DNA of 64,000 bases from Vampirovibrio chlorellavorus (GCA_903866275.1 CAIPMU010000012.1:6452-70451), one strand, 5' to 3'; positions 29,265 to 40,316 are shown, numbered from the stretch's first letter. Notes: generated from the letters alone by a model not told the origin. Program-made: numbers and translations.

Positions 29265-31535
29265 GTGTGCACTGTGACCCAGCCATCTATGTCATCTAGG
29301 TCATCCAGCCCCAACATTCTGCTTTCTCCTGAAAGCCTGATGCAGCGCGTGAGTGCTCCCCTGCTGCTGGTGAATTCGACGGGTGAGGTTTTGTTTGCGA
29401 ACGACACTGGGCAAAAGGCCTGGGGGGAGTGGCTGGTAATTGCAGACCCCTTGCGAGCAGCCGGACAGGCCCTGGCTTCGGGTTCAGGGTGTGCACCCGC
29501 CGACTGGATTGCCAATAGCCTGCAATACGTCGGGCCCAGCTGGTATGCGCTGGAAGGGGCCTTGATGAAATGTACGCCCTTGCCGCCCAGTGAGTCTGGT
29601 CCTGCGGGTTTGCTGGAGTGGTTTCCCGCCAGCGGTGTGGATTCCGGGCAGGAAAAATTGCGAATTTTGCAGGATGTGAGTCAGGCGGTCAACTCTTCGT
29701 TGATCATGGAAGATATTTTTGACGCTTTGGGTGATGTGCTGCGCGATCATATCCCGTATCAGGAGGCCGTGATCGTGATTCTGGACGACACCCAGAACGG
29801 GATTAAGATGCTGGTGCGGATGTCCGAGGATGGGGAGCTGGAAATCACCGGAGAGCATCACGCCTTCGCCGGAAACGATCCCCTGATGGATCGGGTATTG
29901 CGCGAGCCTTTTTCGCGGCTTTATACCCGCGACGCCTTGCCGGAAACCTTTCTGCTGACGGCGGATGCCGTTGCCGCGCTGGTGGTGCCGCTGATTAACA
30001 AGGGCGTGGTGATTGGCCTGATTGCCATGTCCACTGCCGCAGAAGGGGGGTTTTACCAGTATCAGGAAGAATTGCTCACTGAAGTGTCCGCCCAGTTGGC
30101 TGTGGCGGTGGAAAACGCCAAGTTCTACTGGCAAACCCAGACCCAGGCGAGTCGGGAGTTTTTAATCAACCAGCTCACCCGCTCCATTCGGCAATCGTTG
30201 GATATTGACATCATTCTGAGTACCGCCGTGATGGAGTTGAGCAAGGTGATGGGGATCAGTCGTTGCTTCATCCGGTACTTTGATCCCGGCGGGGAGGAGG
30301 AAGTCTTCCATTATCAGTTGCCGGGCACCCCACCCTTGGCGATTACCGACTGGGACTACGAGAAATCCGTGTTTCAGCTTCGCCGCGATCAGCCCTACAA
30401 CCCATTTATCCTGAACGATGTGCGGGATTGCCCCAATACCCTGGCCGAACAGGCCCATTTTGTGGAAAACGACGTCAAATCGCTGGCCATTGTGCCCATT
30501 CTCATTCGGGACAACCTGGCCGGGATTATCACCCTGCACCAGTGCGATGCCTACCGGGCCTGGGTGATGGAGGACATTGAATTGCTGCGGGCTCTGGCAG
30601 AGCATTTGGGCGTGGCCCTGCATCAGGCGCAACTCTTTCTGGAACTGGATCAGCAGAAACGCGCGCTGGAGCAAACTCTGGAAGAGCTACAACAGGCCCA
30701 GCTTTACCTGATTCAATCCGAGAAAATGGCGGTATTGGGTCAATTCGTCGCCGGGATCGCCCACGAGGTCAATACCCCGCTGGGCACGATGCTCAGCAAC
30801 AATGCCACCCTCAAGGTGTGCATCGACAAAATGAAGCAACTACCCCAGCTGAGCGCTGGCGAACCTTCAACGGCAGACCATCCCCATGTTGCGCCAGCGA
30901 CAGAGGCACCCCAGCTTAGCGCCGAGCAGCTGTTTACGAACATCGACAACCTGCTTTCGCTGAACAAACTGGCCGGATCTCGCATTCAGGAGATCGTGAA
31001 AAACCTGCGTAACTTTGCCCGTCTGGATGAATCGGAACTGAAGACCGTAGACGTGCATGAGGGCATTGAAAGCACCATCCTGCTGATTCAAAGCTCAATC
31101 GATCCCCGTATCGTGATTGAGCGCGATTATCAGCCGGATCTGCCCCAGGTGCAATGCTACCCCGGTTTGCTGAATCAGGTGTTTATGAATCTGCTGGTCA
31201 ACGCCTCCCACGCGATCGAGGATGTGAAGCCGGAACAGCGTCCGCCGGGCAGCCAGCCCACCATTACCATTCAAACCCGTTTCGACCCGGACACAGGAAA
31301 AATGAGCATTGCCATTGAGGATACCGGTAAGGGCATCGCCCCAGAGCATCTGGGCAAGGTCTTTGACCCCGGTTTTACCACCAAGGGTGCTGGCGTGGGA
31401 ACCGGGCTGGGGCTGGCGTTGTGCTATCGCATCGTGGAAAAGCACCACGGGCGCATTCTGCTGGCCAGTCAGGTCAATCAGGGCACCCGGTTTACGGTGG
31501 AAATTCCCCTGTCCCCCAGCGCACAGTCCGCTTGA
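29265..31535 (+). CDS. Cytoplasmic sensor histidine kinase with tandem GAF-like sensory regions
   Basis: H-box GIAHEVNTPLGTM, N-box NLLVNASHAIE, G1 DTGKGI and G2 GVGTGLGLAL. No TM segments and no adjacent response regulator. Confidence 0.8.
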   Translation: MCTVTQPSMSSRSSSPNILLSPESLMQRVSAPLLLVNSTGEVLFANDTGQKAWGEWLVIADPLRAAGQALASGSGCAPADWIANSLQYVGPSWYALEGALMKCTPLPPSESGPAGLLEWFPASGVDSGQEKLRILQDVSQAVNSSLIMEDIFDALGDVLRDHIPYQEAVIVILDDTQNGIKMLVRMSEDGELEITGEHHAFAGNDPLMDRVLREPFSRLYTRDALPETFLLTADAVAALVVPLINKGVVIGLIAMSTAAEGGFYQYQEELLTEVSAQLAVAVENAKFYWQTQTQASREFLINQLTRSIRQSLDIDIILSTAVMELSKVMGISRCFIRYFDPGGEEEVFHYQLPGTPPLAITDWDYEKSVFQLRRDQPYNPFILNDVRDCPNTLAEQAHFVENDVKSLAIVPILIRDNLAGIITLHQCDAYRAWVMEDIELLRALAEHLGVALHQAQLFLELDQQKRALEQTLEELQQAQLYLIQSEKMAVLGQFVAGIAHEVNTPLGTMLSNNATLKVCIDKMKQLPQLSAGEPSTADHPHVAPATEAPQLSAEQLFTNIDNLLSLNKLAGSRIQEIVKNLRNFARLDESELKTVDVHEGIESTILLIQSSIDPRIVIERDYQPDLPQVQCYPGLLNQVFMNLLVNASHAIEDVKPEQRPPGSQPTITIQTRFDPDTGKMSIAIEDTGKGIAPEHLGKVFDPGFTTKGAGVGTGLGLALCYRIVEKHHGRILLASQVNQGTRFTVEIPLSPSAQSA

Positions 31536-31711
31536 TGAATTCCATATTGGCGATATGATAGAGAATCAGGATTTAACATGAGCCTGGGCAAGTCAGATTC
31601 AGTCTGGCCTTGATGGCCGCCCGACCCGCTCAGCTCCCCCTTTTCGTTATGATGAACTGCCCCAGAGAGATTTTGCAAATGCCACATCCTACCCCGACTC
31701 AGGAGTCCAAA

Positions 31712-33523
31712 ATGACCGGCTTTTTCACCAAACGCACCCATTTTTGCGGTGATTTCTCCAAGGAACAACTGGGTCACACCGTGACCGCTAATGGCTGGGT
31801 TTCTGCCAACCGCGATTTGGGCGGCATCGTCTTCGTGGAAATCCGGGATCGCACCGGCATCATTCAATTGGTGGCCGATCCTTCCAAGAATCCGCAAGCC
31901 CACGCGGCGTTGTCGGGCCTGAAAAGCGAAGATGTGGTCTCCGTGACTGGCCCTATCAGCCTGCGCCCCGAAGAAACCGTGAACGTCAAATTAAGCACTG
32001 GCGACATTGAAATTTATCCCGAACTGGTAGAGGTTCTGAACCGCTCCAAAACCCCCCCCTTTCCTATTGATGACGAGGCGGATAACGTGGACGAGTTCCT
32101 GCGCCTGAAGTATCGCTATCTGGATCTGCGTCGGCCTCGACTGGCCCGCAACCTGCTGCTGCGCCACCAGATTCTCCAAAGTGTGCGGAGCTATTTGAAC
32201 GATCGCCGGTTTCTGGAAGTGGAAACGCCCATCCTGATTAAAACCACCCCCGAAGGCGCGCGGGATTACCTGGTGCCCAGCCGGGTGCATGCGGGCAAGT
32301 GCTTTGCTTTGCCGCAATCGCCGCAAATTTTCAAACAACTGCTGATGGTGGGCGGGATTGAGCGCTACTACCAGGTTGCCCGCTGCTTCCGGGATGAAGA
32401 CTTGCGCGCGGATCGCCAGCCGGAGTTCACCCAGCTTGATATTGAGATGTCTTTTATCGAACAGGAAGACGTGCTGAACCTGATGGAAGGCCTGCTGGTG
32501 AACATGTTCGCCGTGGCTAACATCACGATTCAGGCACCCTTCCAGCGCATCACCTGGAAAGAGGCGATGGACCAGTACGGTTCGGATAAACCGGATCTGC
32601 GGTTTGGGCTTGAGTTTACCGATCTGACCGACGTGTTTGCCGCCAGCGAATTTGGCGCTTTCCGCAAGCCCGTAGATGAAGGTGGCGTGGTGAAAGCACT
32701 CTGCGTGAAAGGTGCGGCCTCCTATAGCCGTAAGGAACTGGATGATCTGCAAGTGGAAGCCAAGCGCTTTGGGGCCAAAGGCTTAGCTTATGTGGTCTTC
32801 GCGGAAGAGGGGCCGAAATCGCCCATCCTGAAATACCTGAGCGACGCCGAGCAAAAGGCCATTGCTGAACGCACCGGCGCGCAAACTGGCGATGTGGTCT
32901 TCTTTATGGCCGATCAGTTTATTCCCGCTTGCACGGTGCTGGGTCGCTTCCGGCTGCACTTCGCCGAGAAGCACAACCTGATTGACCCCAATCATCACGC
33001 CATTCTGTGGGTGACTGATTTCCCCATGTTTGAGCGCACGGAAACCGGCGGCTTGAGTGCGAACCACCACCCCTTTACCTCCCCTCACCCCGAGGATGTG
33101 GCCTTGCTGGATTCCGCGCCCGAAAAGGCCCGCTCGCTGGGCTACGATGTGGCTTATAATGGCACCGAAATCGGCGGCGGCTCCATCCGGATTCACCAGG
33201 CCGACTTGCAGGCCAAAATCTTCACCCTGCTGGGCCTGAGCGACGAAGAAGCGCAGGAGAAATTTGGCTTCCTGTTGGATGCCTTCCAGTTCGGCACCCC
33301 ACCCCACGGCGGTATTGCGCTGGGCATCGATCGCATTGTGGCCCTCCTGTCCGGCAGCGACAGCATTCGCGACGTGATTGCTTTCCCCAAGACGAACAAC
33401 GCTGTTTGCCCCATGACCGAAGCCCCCGCCGAAGTCGCCGATGAGCAACTCCGTGAGCTGCATATGAAATGGGACATCAAAAAGCCGGAACCCAAGAAGC
33501 CGGAAGCATCCAAGCAGGCATAG
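31712..33523 (+). CDS. aspS: Aspartate--tRNA ligase
   Basis: N-terminus RTHFCGDF, class II motifs FRDEDLRADRQPEFTQLD and GGGSIRIH...GLDR. AGGAGT SD sits 5 nt upstream of ATG 31712. The ORF-track start at 31610 adds 34 non-homologous residues. Confidence 0.9.
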   Translation: MTGFFTKRTHFCGDFSKEQLGHTVTANGWVSANRDLGGIVFVEIRDRTGIIQLVADPSKNPQAHAALSGLKSEDVVSVTGPISLRPEETVNVKLSTGDIEIYPELVEVLNRSKTPPFPIDDEADNVDEFLRLKYRYLDLRRPRLARNLLLRHQILQSVRSYLNDRRFLEVETPILIKTTPEGARDYLVPSRVHAGKCFALPQSPQIFKQLLMVGGIERYYQVARCFRDEDLRADRQPEFTQLDIEMSFIEQEDVLNLMEGLLVNMFAVANITIQAPFQRITWKEAMDQYGSDKPDLRFGLEFTDLTDVFAASEFGAFRKPVDEGGVVKALCVKGAASYSRKELDDLQVEAKRFGAKGLAYVVFAEEGPKSPILKYLSDAEQKAIAERTGAQTGDVVFFMADQFIPACTVLGRFRLHFAEKHNLIDPNHHAILWVTDFPMFERTETGGLSANHHPFTSPHPEDVALLDSAPEKARSLGYDVAYNGTEIGGGSIRIHQADLQAKIFTLLGLSDEEAQEKFGFLLDAFQFGTPPHGGIALGIDRIVALLSGSDSIRDVIAFPKTNNAVCPMTEAPAEVADEQLRELHMKWDIKKPEPKKPEASKQA

Positions 33524-33552
33524 CAAGCGAACAATCAGCAATTTTAAATTCA

Positions 33553-33586
33553 AGAGCCCGACCTGTTGATGGTTGGGCTCTTTTTA
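33553..33586 (+). terminator. Rho-independent terminator after aspS
   Basis: AGAGCCC-gacctgttgatggtt-GGGCTCT followed by TTTT. Confidence 0.75.
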
Positions 33587-33617
33587 CGAGCAAAAGAGAA
33601 ACAAGAAGAGGCAGTGA

Positions 33618-33821
33618 TTAAGGCTTGCCTTTATAATCCCACGGGCAGTGGCGGCAGGCGGAGAGGCAACAGGTGCCGCGCTCCAGGTGATATAGCTCGG
33701 TGAAGACCAGAAAACCCGTCTGAGCGTCCGTATACCAGTGTTGCCCCAAGGCCACGGCCTGATCGTGCTGAGATTGAACGTGCGAAGACTGACAAACGGG
33801 CTGGGTTTCCGAGTTGGACAT
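33618..33821 (-). CDS. Small Cys-rich protein (CCxxxCRHCPW motif; DUF5522-like)
   Basis: C-terminus GTCCLSACRHCPWDYKG. The start is uncertain; the ORF track extends to 33881. Confidence 0.4.
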   Translation of the reverse strand: MSNSETQPVCQSSHVQSQHDQAVALGQHWYTDAQTGFLVFTELYHLERGTCCLSACRHCPWDYKGKP

Positions 33822-34113
33822 TGAAAATGGACCTATGGAATAAGGGTGCTCACTCAGGGGTAAAAATACCGCACCCGCCATTTATTGCTAAATAACGTCC
33901 CGGCTGACGGTCTTGCAGCACCCGCAGGTAAAGACTTATTGCTGCTACGTTCCCGTCCTGACAAGGTTCATCCGCCTTGCGCCGCGCAAGAATCAAACCG
34001 GTGGTGCGGTACTGGTTACTATAACACAACCCGCCCCAGAGACAACGTCATGATGCGTTCCGTTTGCCTGAAGCATTTTTAGCGATGAGGTTCGCCAACA
34101 CCGGTTCATGTGC

Positions 34114-35598
34114 TTAGCTTAACGCTGCAACCAGTTCCGCATCATCAGGTGTGCCTGCTGGATAATGACCGCTAAAGCAGGCGGTGCAAGGAGCATCGTA
34201 GCCCGCCACGGCCACCATGTCATCCACTGACAGGTACGCCAGCGAATCCACGCCGAGATATTCTCGGATGGCTTCTACATCGGCCATTTGATTGGCGATC
34301 AGCTCACTTTTGTTGGACATATCGATGCCGTAAAAGCAGGGATGCGTCACTTGGGCGGATGAGACGCGGAAGTGAATCTCCTTCACGCCGCATTCCCGAA
34401 GCATTTTGACCAGCTTGCGGCTGGTGTTGCCTCGCACGATAGAGTCATCGACCACCACGGCGCGCTTGCCCTTCAGTACATCGCGCAAGGGGTTGAGCTT
34501 GAGCTGAATCCCCTTCTCGCGCAACTCGTGCGTAGGACTAATAAACGTCCGGCCCACATAGCGATTCTTGATCAGGCCTTCCACATAAGGGATACCGGAT
34601 TCCCGGCTGTAGCCCACCGCGGCCACGTTCCCCGAATCGGGCACGGGAATCACCACGTCGGCTTCAATTTTGGGGCCAATCTGTGCCAGGCGGCGGCCCA
34701 GATTCATGCGGTAGTTATAGACGGAATGCCCGTGAATCTGGCTGTCCGGGCGGGCAAAGTAAACCAGCTCAAACACACAGAGGTGCTCTTTTTTCTCGCC
34801 GTCCAGATAGAACGACTCCGTGCGGCCCACGCCTTCGCGGTGCAGGCCCGCATAGAACTCTTCCAGCTCTGCCACAACGATCTCGCCGGGTTGTATATCG
34901 CGTTCGTAGTTTGCGCCCACAATATCCAGCGCACAGGTTTCAGACGCAAAGACCAGCGCGCCCTTGGGCGTGCGACCCATGCAAAACGGTCGCAATCCGT
35001 GCCGGTCACGCGCCGCGATCAGCGTATCCCCAGTGGCGATTACAATAGAGAACGCACCCTCGCAGGCTTCTAATGCCATTTTAACCGCCAGCTTCAGGGG
35101 GTGCCCCTGAGAGAGCATATGGCTGATGTACAGCGCCATGAGATGGCTATCGCTGTTGCCGTGCCCGAAGTGACCATGCTTTTCCAGTTCGGCGCGCAAG
35201 TTTTCGGTGTTGATGAGGTTGCCATTGTGGGCTAGGGTCATCGCCCCAAAGGGGGTGCGAACCACGACGGGCTGGGCATTACCTAGATTGCTATCCCCGG
35301 TAGTGGAATAGCGGGTATGACCAATGCCGATCTGCCCGGTCAAATTGTCGAGCAGGTGTTCGTTAAAGACCTGATTGACCAGCCCCATTTCCTTGTGCAG
35401 GCGAAGTTGGTGGTTATCATACACGGCCATTCCACAGCTCTCCTGCCCGCGATGCTGCAACGCATAGAGGCCAAAGTACAGCGTGTGGCCCAAACCCGCT
35501 GATGTGCGATCCATAATACCAAACACCCCACACTTCTCGTTCAGGGCGCGATCTGCGGTGGTGGCGGCCTCATGGGCGTTGCTCGGACATAGATCCAT
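34114..35598 (-). CDS. purF: Amidophosphoribosyltransferase
   Basis: Propeptide plus N-terminal nucleophile CGVFGI, a PRTase motif VVVDDSIVRGNTS and a C-terminal Cys cluster for the [4Fe-4S] site. I chose the start at 35598, 11 nt after the purL stop. The ORF-track start at 35664 overlaps purL. Confidence 0.9.
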   Translation of the reverse strand: MDLCPSNAHEAATTADRALNEKCGVFGIMDRTSAGLGHTLYFGLYALQHRGQESCGMAVYDNHQLRLHKEMGLVNQVFNEHLLDNLTGQIGIGHTRYSTTGDSNLGNAQPVVVRTPFGAMTLAHNGNLINTENLRAELEKHGHFGHGNSDSHLMALYISHMLSQGHPLKLAVKMALEACEGAFSIVIATGDTLIAARDRHGLRPFCMGRTPKGALVFASETCALDIVGANYERDIQPGEIVVAELEEFYAGLHREGVGRTESFYLDGEKKEHLCVFELVYFARPDSQIHGHSVYNYRMNLGRRLAQIGPKIEADVVIPVPDSGNVAAVGYSRESGIPYVEGLIKNRYVGRTFISPTHELREKGIQLKLNPLRDVLKGKRAVVVDDSIVRGNTSRKLVKMLRECGVKEIHFRVSSAQVTHPCFYGIDMSNKSELIANQMADVEAIREYLGVDSLAYLSVDDMVAVAGYDAPCTACFSGHYPAGTPDDAELVAALS

Positions 35599-35611
35599 TT
35601 CAGTGGCAGGC

Positions 35612-37906
35612 TTAAAGGACAGCAAGGGTGGTACTCCAATTTGCTTTGACCGGTTGCAGGGCAATGGCCGGTTGAGCGTTCAACGTCAGTTCAAAGGTAT
35701 CCAGCGTTTGGCCAATGGGGATCAGGCTCAGGTTCGGCTGTCCGGTGGCTTGCACTCGGGCCAGCAGCTCCGCTTCCTGCGCTGGGTGGTAGGCCACAAT
35801 GTATGTGCCCGCCGTTTCCCCGAAGAGCAGTTCATCCAGTCGCCATTCAGGGTTCAATGCCTTTAATGGCGAGAGATTCAGGGCGAGGCCAATCTCGTGT
35901 TCAAAGCCCATTTCCAGAATGGTCGACAACAACCCGCCCAAAGAAACATCTTGCACCGCACTCAGTTTGCCATCACCAATCAGCGAGAGAATTAAGGTCT
36001 GGGTAGTGGTTTCCAAAGCCAAATCCACCGCAGGCGGTTGGCCTTCAATGCGACTCAGGCTGAGTTTTTGGTATTCCGTGCCGCCCAGTGTCGGGTTAAA
36101 GTGGCCGATGAGGGCGAGTTTCAGGCCCGCTTCCCGCAGCGTGGGAGTGGCTACTTTCGTGTCGTCTTCAATCAACCCAATCATCGCAATGGTGGGGGTG
36201 GGGAAGATCGGCTCGCCGGAATGCTCGTTGTAGAGGCTCACGTTGCCACTGATGACCGGCGTTTCAAAAGCGAGGCAAGCATCTTTAATGCCATTCACTG
36301 CTTGCACCAGCTGATAATAAATATCCGGTTTTTCAGGGTTGCCAAAGTTCAGGTTGTCACTGACTGCCAGCGGGAGGGCGCCCGTGCAGGCTAGATTGCG
36401 TGCGGCTTGCGTGACGGCAAACAGGCTGCCCTGATAGGGATCCAGTGTCACATAGCGGGCGTTGCAATCCACGGTCATCGAGAGTGCCTTGCCAGAGAAC
36501 TCGCCGCTTTTTTTGCGCAGACGAATCACACCGGCGCCGAGATTTTCGGAGGCGAGCAGGGTATTGTTCTGCACGTGACGGTCGTACTGGGAAATAATAC
36601 CGGTGGGACGCGCCAGATTGGGAGAATTGAAGAGACGTTCCAGCCACTGGGAGACTTCAGCGGGTGCCAATTCAGGCAGCGCCTTTCGGGGATCGACGGA
36701 ACGGCGGGCTTGGGCCGCTTCCGGCTCCGGGGGATTCATCCCGCGATTGTAGGAGGGCGCCAAATCGGTGAGCAGCGGGGCCGGAATATCCACCACTGTT
36801 TTGCCTTTGTGGAGAATGCGTACGTTTTCATCGGCGGTAATTTCACCGATGATCACCGCCGGAATGCGCCACTTTGCGAAGACATTCAGTACGGGTTGCT
36901 CGTTGCCCTTTTCCAGCACAAAGAGCATGCGCTCCTGGGATTCGGAAAGGAGGTATTCATGGGCTTGCATGTCGGGTTCGCGGGCCGGTACCTTGTCCAG
37001 ATCCATTAAAATGCCCACACCACCCTTGGCCGCCATCTCGCAACTGGAGCTGGTCAGGCCAGCCGCGCCCATATCCTGAGCGGCAACCACGCAGCCGGTG
37101 GCAAAGGCTTCAATGCAGGCTTCAATCAGTAACTTTTCAGCGAAGGGGTCGCCGACTTGAACGGCGGGCCGGTCTTCGTTGCTGTTCTCATCCAGTTCCT
37201 TGCTGGCAAAGGCCGCGCCCCCCATGCCATCTTTTCCGGTGGCTGAGCCCACATAGAGGACCGGATTGCCGACGCCCCTGGCGGCAGAAGGCATCTCTTC
37301 GCCTTCGTAGAGGATGCCCACGGCCATCGCGTTCACCAGCGGATTGCCGCTGTAGCACTCGTCAAAGAAGACCTCTCCGGCGACAGTCGGGACGCCGACA
37401 CAGTTGCCGTAGTGGGCGATTCCTTTGACCGCGCCGCTGAGCAAATAGCGGTTGCGCACTTGCGTTGGGCTGTCCTCGCCGCGTTCCGGAAAACTGGGTG
37501 GGCCAAAACGCAGGGAGTTCAAATTGGCCACAGGTCGAGCGTTCATGGTGAAAATATCGCGCAAGATCCCGCCGACCCCAGTGGCTGCACCCTGAAAAGG
37601 CTCCACGGCGGTGGGGTGATTGTGGCTTTCAATCTTGAAGGCCACCTGAATGCCGTCGCCCACGTCAATAATGCCAGCGTTCTCGCCGGGGCCAGCCACC
37701 ACGCGCGGCCCTTTGTTCGGGAACAACCGCAGCAGGTGGCGGGAATTTTTGTAGCAGCAATGCTCACTCCAGAGTACACTGAACATCGCCAACTCGTTGA
37801 AGTTGGGCTCCCGGTGGAGATGATCGCAGATGCGCTGGTACTCATCCTGAGTGATATTGAGGGACTTCAGCAAAGACTGGGTGTCGGGTGCAAGCGTGGC
37901 GGGCAT
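35612..37906 (-). CDS. purL: Phosphoribosylformylglycinamidine synthase subunit PurL
   Basis: Tandem PurM-like domains (GPGENAGIIDVGDG and GGILRDIF); about 764 aa from Met 37906. The ORF-track start at 38014 adds 36 residues. Confidence 0.9.
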   Translation of the reverse strand: MPATLAPDTQSLLKSLNITQDEYQRICDHLHREPNFNELAMFSVLWSEHCCYKNSRHLLRLFPNKGPRVVAGPGENAGIIDVGDGIQVAFKIESHNHPTAVEPFQGAATGVGGILRDIFTMNARPVANLNSLRFGPPSFPERGEDSPTQVRNRYLLSGAVKGIAHYGNCVGVPTVAGEVFFDECYSGNPLVNAMAVGILYEGEEMPSAARGVGNPVLYVGSATGKDGMGGAAFASKELDENSNEDRPAVQVGDPFAEKLLIEACIEAFATGCVVAAQDMGAAGLTSSSCEMAAKGGVGILMDLDKVPAREPDMQAHEYLLSESQERMLFVLEKGNEQPVLNVFAKWRIPAVIIGEITADENVRILHKGKTVVDIPAPLLTDLAPSYNRGMNPPEPEAAQARRSVDPRKALPELAPAEVSQWLERLFNSPNLARPTGIISQYDRHVQNNTLLASENLGAGVIRLRKKSGEFSGKALSMTVDCNARYVTLDPYQGSLFAVTQAARNLACTGALPLAVSDNLNFGNPEKPDIYYQLVQAVNGIKDACLAFETPVISGNVSLYNEHSGEPIFPTPTIAMIGLIEDDTKVATPTLREAGLKLALIGHFNPTLGGTEYQKLSLSRIEGQPPAVDLALETTTQTLILSLIGDGKLSAVQDVSLGGLLSTILEMGFEHEIGLALNLSPLKALNPEWRLDELLFGETAGTYIVAYHPAQEAELLARVQATGQPNLSLIPIGQTLDTFELTLNAQPAIALQPVKANWSTTLAVL

Positions 37907-38119
37907 GATGCGGTCTTTCTGGGGCTTCAATGAAAAAACAGAGCGAAAAGCAAAAATGAGGGAGCGCCAGCAATCAAGCGGCGGGAAACCCTGAAGATTA
38001 TCACCGAAAGCCAAGGTTTTTCCAAGTGAAAGTGTTCGATGAAAGAGAAGAAGATGGCTTAATGTGGCGAATGTGTGGCTTGAGCTCGCTCTGGCGGAAG
38101 ATAACCCCTCGTCAGAGGC

Positions 38120-38854
38120 ATGGTGCTGTGCTTGGGCTCGGTAGGCTTTGCGCTGGTTTTGGCTTCAGTTTCAGGATTGATTGTTTTGCATTTGCATCAC
38201 GCCGGTCTTTTCGGTTTAATGAGTCCCATGAATGAGCCTTTGCAGAATTCCGAACGTGCTGCCGGTCCAGCCTTGCTGGATAAAGCTCAGCTGTTTGAGG
38301 TGATTGTGATGGAAGGTGTGGATGCCTTCAATCATTATCGACGTCAAACGGGCTACATGCCGCTGGATTTGTCGGGGCTGGATTTCACAGCCAAGGATAT
38401 GGCGGGTATTAATTTAAGTAATACCAACTTGAGTGGTTGTAATTTCGATTTTGCGTATCTGGTTGAATCGACCCTGATTTTGGCCGATCTCTCCCGCTCC
38501 TCTTGCCGGGAAACAGACTTTTATATGGCGAATCTGGAAGAGGCTGACTTGCCCCACGCCAATCTGGAGCAGGCCAATTTTGCCAGTGCTTCGTTAAGTG
38601 AAGCAGTGCTGGAGGGCTGTCAGGCGCTTCGGGCTAATTTTCAGGATGCCGATTTAAGCCAGTGTAACTTTCGCAAAGCCAAACTGGCGGATGCCGATTT
38701 AACCGGGGCGAATGTAATGGGTGCAGATTTCCGGGATGCCGAACTGGAGTGGGCTATTCTGGAGGATGTGCGTTTTGATGCCAGCACCCAATGGGGCAAA
38801 AATCCGCCGCTTTTTGTGACCCAGACGCAAGCGGGACGTGACGGGTTAGATTAA
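38120..38854 (+). CDS. Pentapeptide-repeat protein
   Basis: Long run of A(D/N)LxX pentapeptides (ANLEEADLPHANLEQANFASASLSEAVL...). The N-terminal 33 aa are hydrophobic and may be a TM segment. Alternative start at 38219. Confidence 0.75.
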   Translation: MVLCLGSVGFALVLASVSGLIVLHLHHAGLFGLMSPMNEPLQNSERAAGPALLDKAQLFEVIVMEGVDAFNHYRRQTGYMPLDLSGLDFTAKDMAGINLSNTNLSGCNFDFAYLVESTLILADLSRSSCRETDFYMANLEEADLPHANLEQANFASASLSEAVLEGCQALRANFQDADLSQCNFRKAKLADADLTGANVMGADFRDAELEWAILEDVRFDASTQWGKNPPLFVTQTQAGRDGLD

Positions 38855-39532
38855 CCCCTTCGAAATGTTGAGGGTGCCTGAGTCATGATTCATGGTTTAG
38901 TCCATGTCTTCCGGCTTTTTTATGAGTTGTTTGATGGATTTAATTCTGACTTTTAAAAATGATGATTAAAAATAAAACATGGGGGGTATTACAGTGGAGC
39001 AAGATGGAAGTCAGTTAATAGGGCGTTGTTGGACATCGTCGCCACGGGAAAGATGCTGTTGAGGACAGTACCCGGGTTGCGAGCAGTTGCCATCGCAGGG
39101 ACAGAATCGGATGTTGTCCCGGTCAGTCTGGATGTCTGGTCAGTTATTGATAGGAGCCCGGATGACGCATGTGGAATCCTCAGGATCCTCAACTTCAGCA
39201 GGTCCCGCCTTGGGTCCACTGGCATTGGCTCTCAGGCGCCGATATTCCTCTGGCGCTGAGTGACAGTCAGGAGGATAGTCGCAGGACGCAGCTGGATCCG
39301 GTTCCCAAATGGGAGGCTTTGCGTTTAGTTGAACTGGAGCGGTACCATCGTCAGTTATTTATGTGGCGTCTACTCCAGATGCATTTTAAATTTAACGCCG
39401 TATTTGGCATGATACCTTTTGGGTGTGTCCAAGAATAAGGCATCGTTTTGAGTGATTCGAAGCCGCCCAAAAACTCCTGGAATTGTGCTTATTGCAATCA
39501 ATAGCAGACTAAAGATTTTGTTCAGTCAGATT

Positions 39533-39652
39533 GTGTTTATGATAGCCTGACATGGGTTTCAAATGAATCAATTTTTATGGGTAACATCATATCAGTGGAA
39601 CTTCACCATCACGGGATGGGTGGAGTGAGTATGAGGATTATTTTCAATGGGA
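39533..39652 (+). promoter_or_regulatory. Conserved promoter/leader module, copy 1
   Basis: GTGTTTATGATAGCCTGACATGGGTTTCAAATGAATCAA at 39533-39571 and ATGAGGATTATTTTCAATGGGA at 39631-39652 are near-identical to the module upstream of the 40691 ORF. Spacing to the CDS is the same (115 vs 113 nt). It contains the start of a 20-codon uORF (39631..39693, MRIIFNGTSFIFSGCWAECF) preceded by a GGTGGAG SD. Confidence 0.6.
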
Positions 39653-40177
39653 CTTCATTTATCTTCAGTGGTTGTTGGGCAGAATGCTTTTAATAGTCGT
39701 GGCTCTCGTCGTCAAACGATTGAAAAGCGCCCTGTGGCTCAGCTTCAGGCTTTACCACCTCAGGTGGTGCATGCCGAAACACAGCCTGTGTTGAAGAAAG
39801 ATCACATGCAACGTCGATTTCACTTTCTGGCAACGGCTGCCCCCAGCTTGAAGGACACCCCTAAGCGCCCGGAACCACCGGATGCAACATCGCGGGCTGC
39901 TGCTCAGCCAACCCGCTCCAAAAGTCGGCTGGTGATTATGGAAGATGCAACCGGTAAAATCTGGAATACCCACTTTCAGCTCTGGAATGACGCCAGCAAA
40001 ATTTTGTTGCACATGACCGAGGATGTCAAAAAGGCCTCTTCGCCTCTGGAAGCTGCGGGAATCTTCATGAAATCGGGCGTGGATCTGCATGTCACGGCAC
40101 TGGATGGCTCCGTTCATCAGTTTCGCAATACCTTGGACTTTATTGGGGAACTCCTCAAGAAGATGGGAGGTTCCTAA
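39647..40177 (+). CDS. Hypothetical 176-aa protein, paralog A of a tandem pair
   Basis: Ser/Thr/Gln/Arg-rich N-terminal 60 aa, then a predicted helical C-terminal domain. It has its own terminator, no SD at its ATG, and low-GC context. Confidence 0.5.
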   Translation: MGLHLSSVVVGQNAFNSRGSRRQTIEKRPVAQLQALPPQVVHAETQPVLKKDHMQRRFHFLATAAPSLKDTPKRPEPPDATSRAAAQPTRSKSRLVIMEDATGKIWNTHFQLWNDASKILLHMTEDVKKASSPLEAAGIFMKSGVDLHVTALDGSVHQFRNTLDFIGELLKKMGGS

Positions 40178-40286
40178 TACCCAGAATACAGGTCGATTTC
40201 AGGATTATTGTGCGGGACTTTAATTTTGAAATGGTCGAACTGTATTGAGCAACAATCTACTTCAATAGCGAGCAACGAGAATCAGC

Positions 40287-40316
40287 ACCCTCGGTATGGA
40301 CAGGCCGAGGGTTTTT
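40287..40316 (+). terminator. Rho-independent terminator after paralog A
   Basis: CCCTCGG-tatggacagg-CCGAGGG followed by TTTTTT. Confidence 0.75.

Noticed and set aside
31991-33553. Two antisense ORFs of about 250 aa inside aspS
   Set aside because: They are shadow ORFs within a well-supported conserved gene and have no SD or start context.
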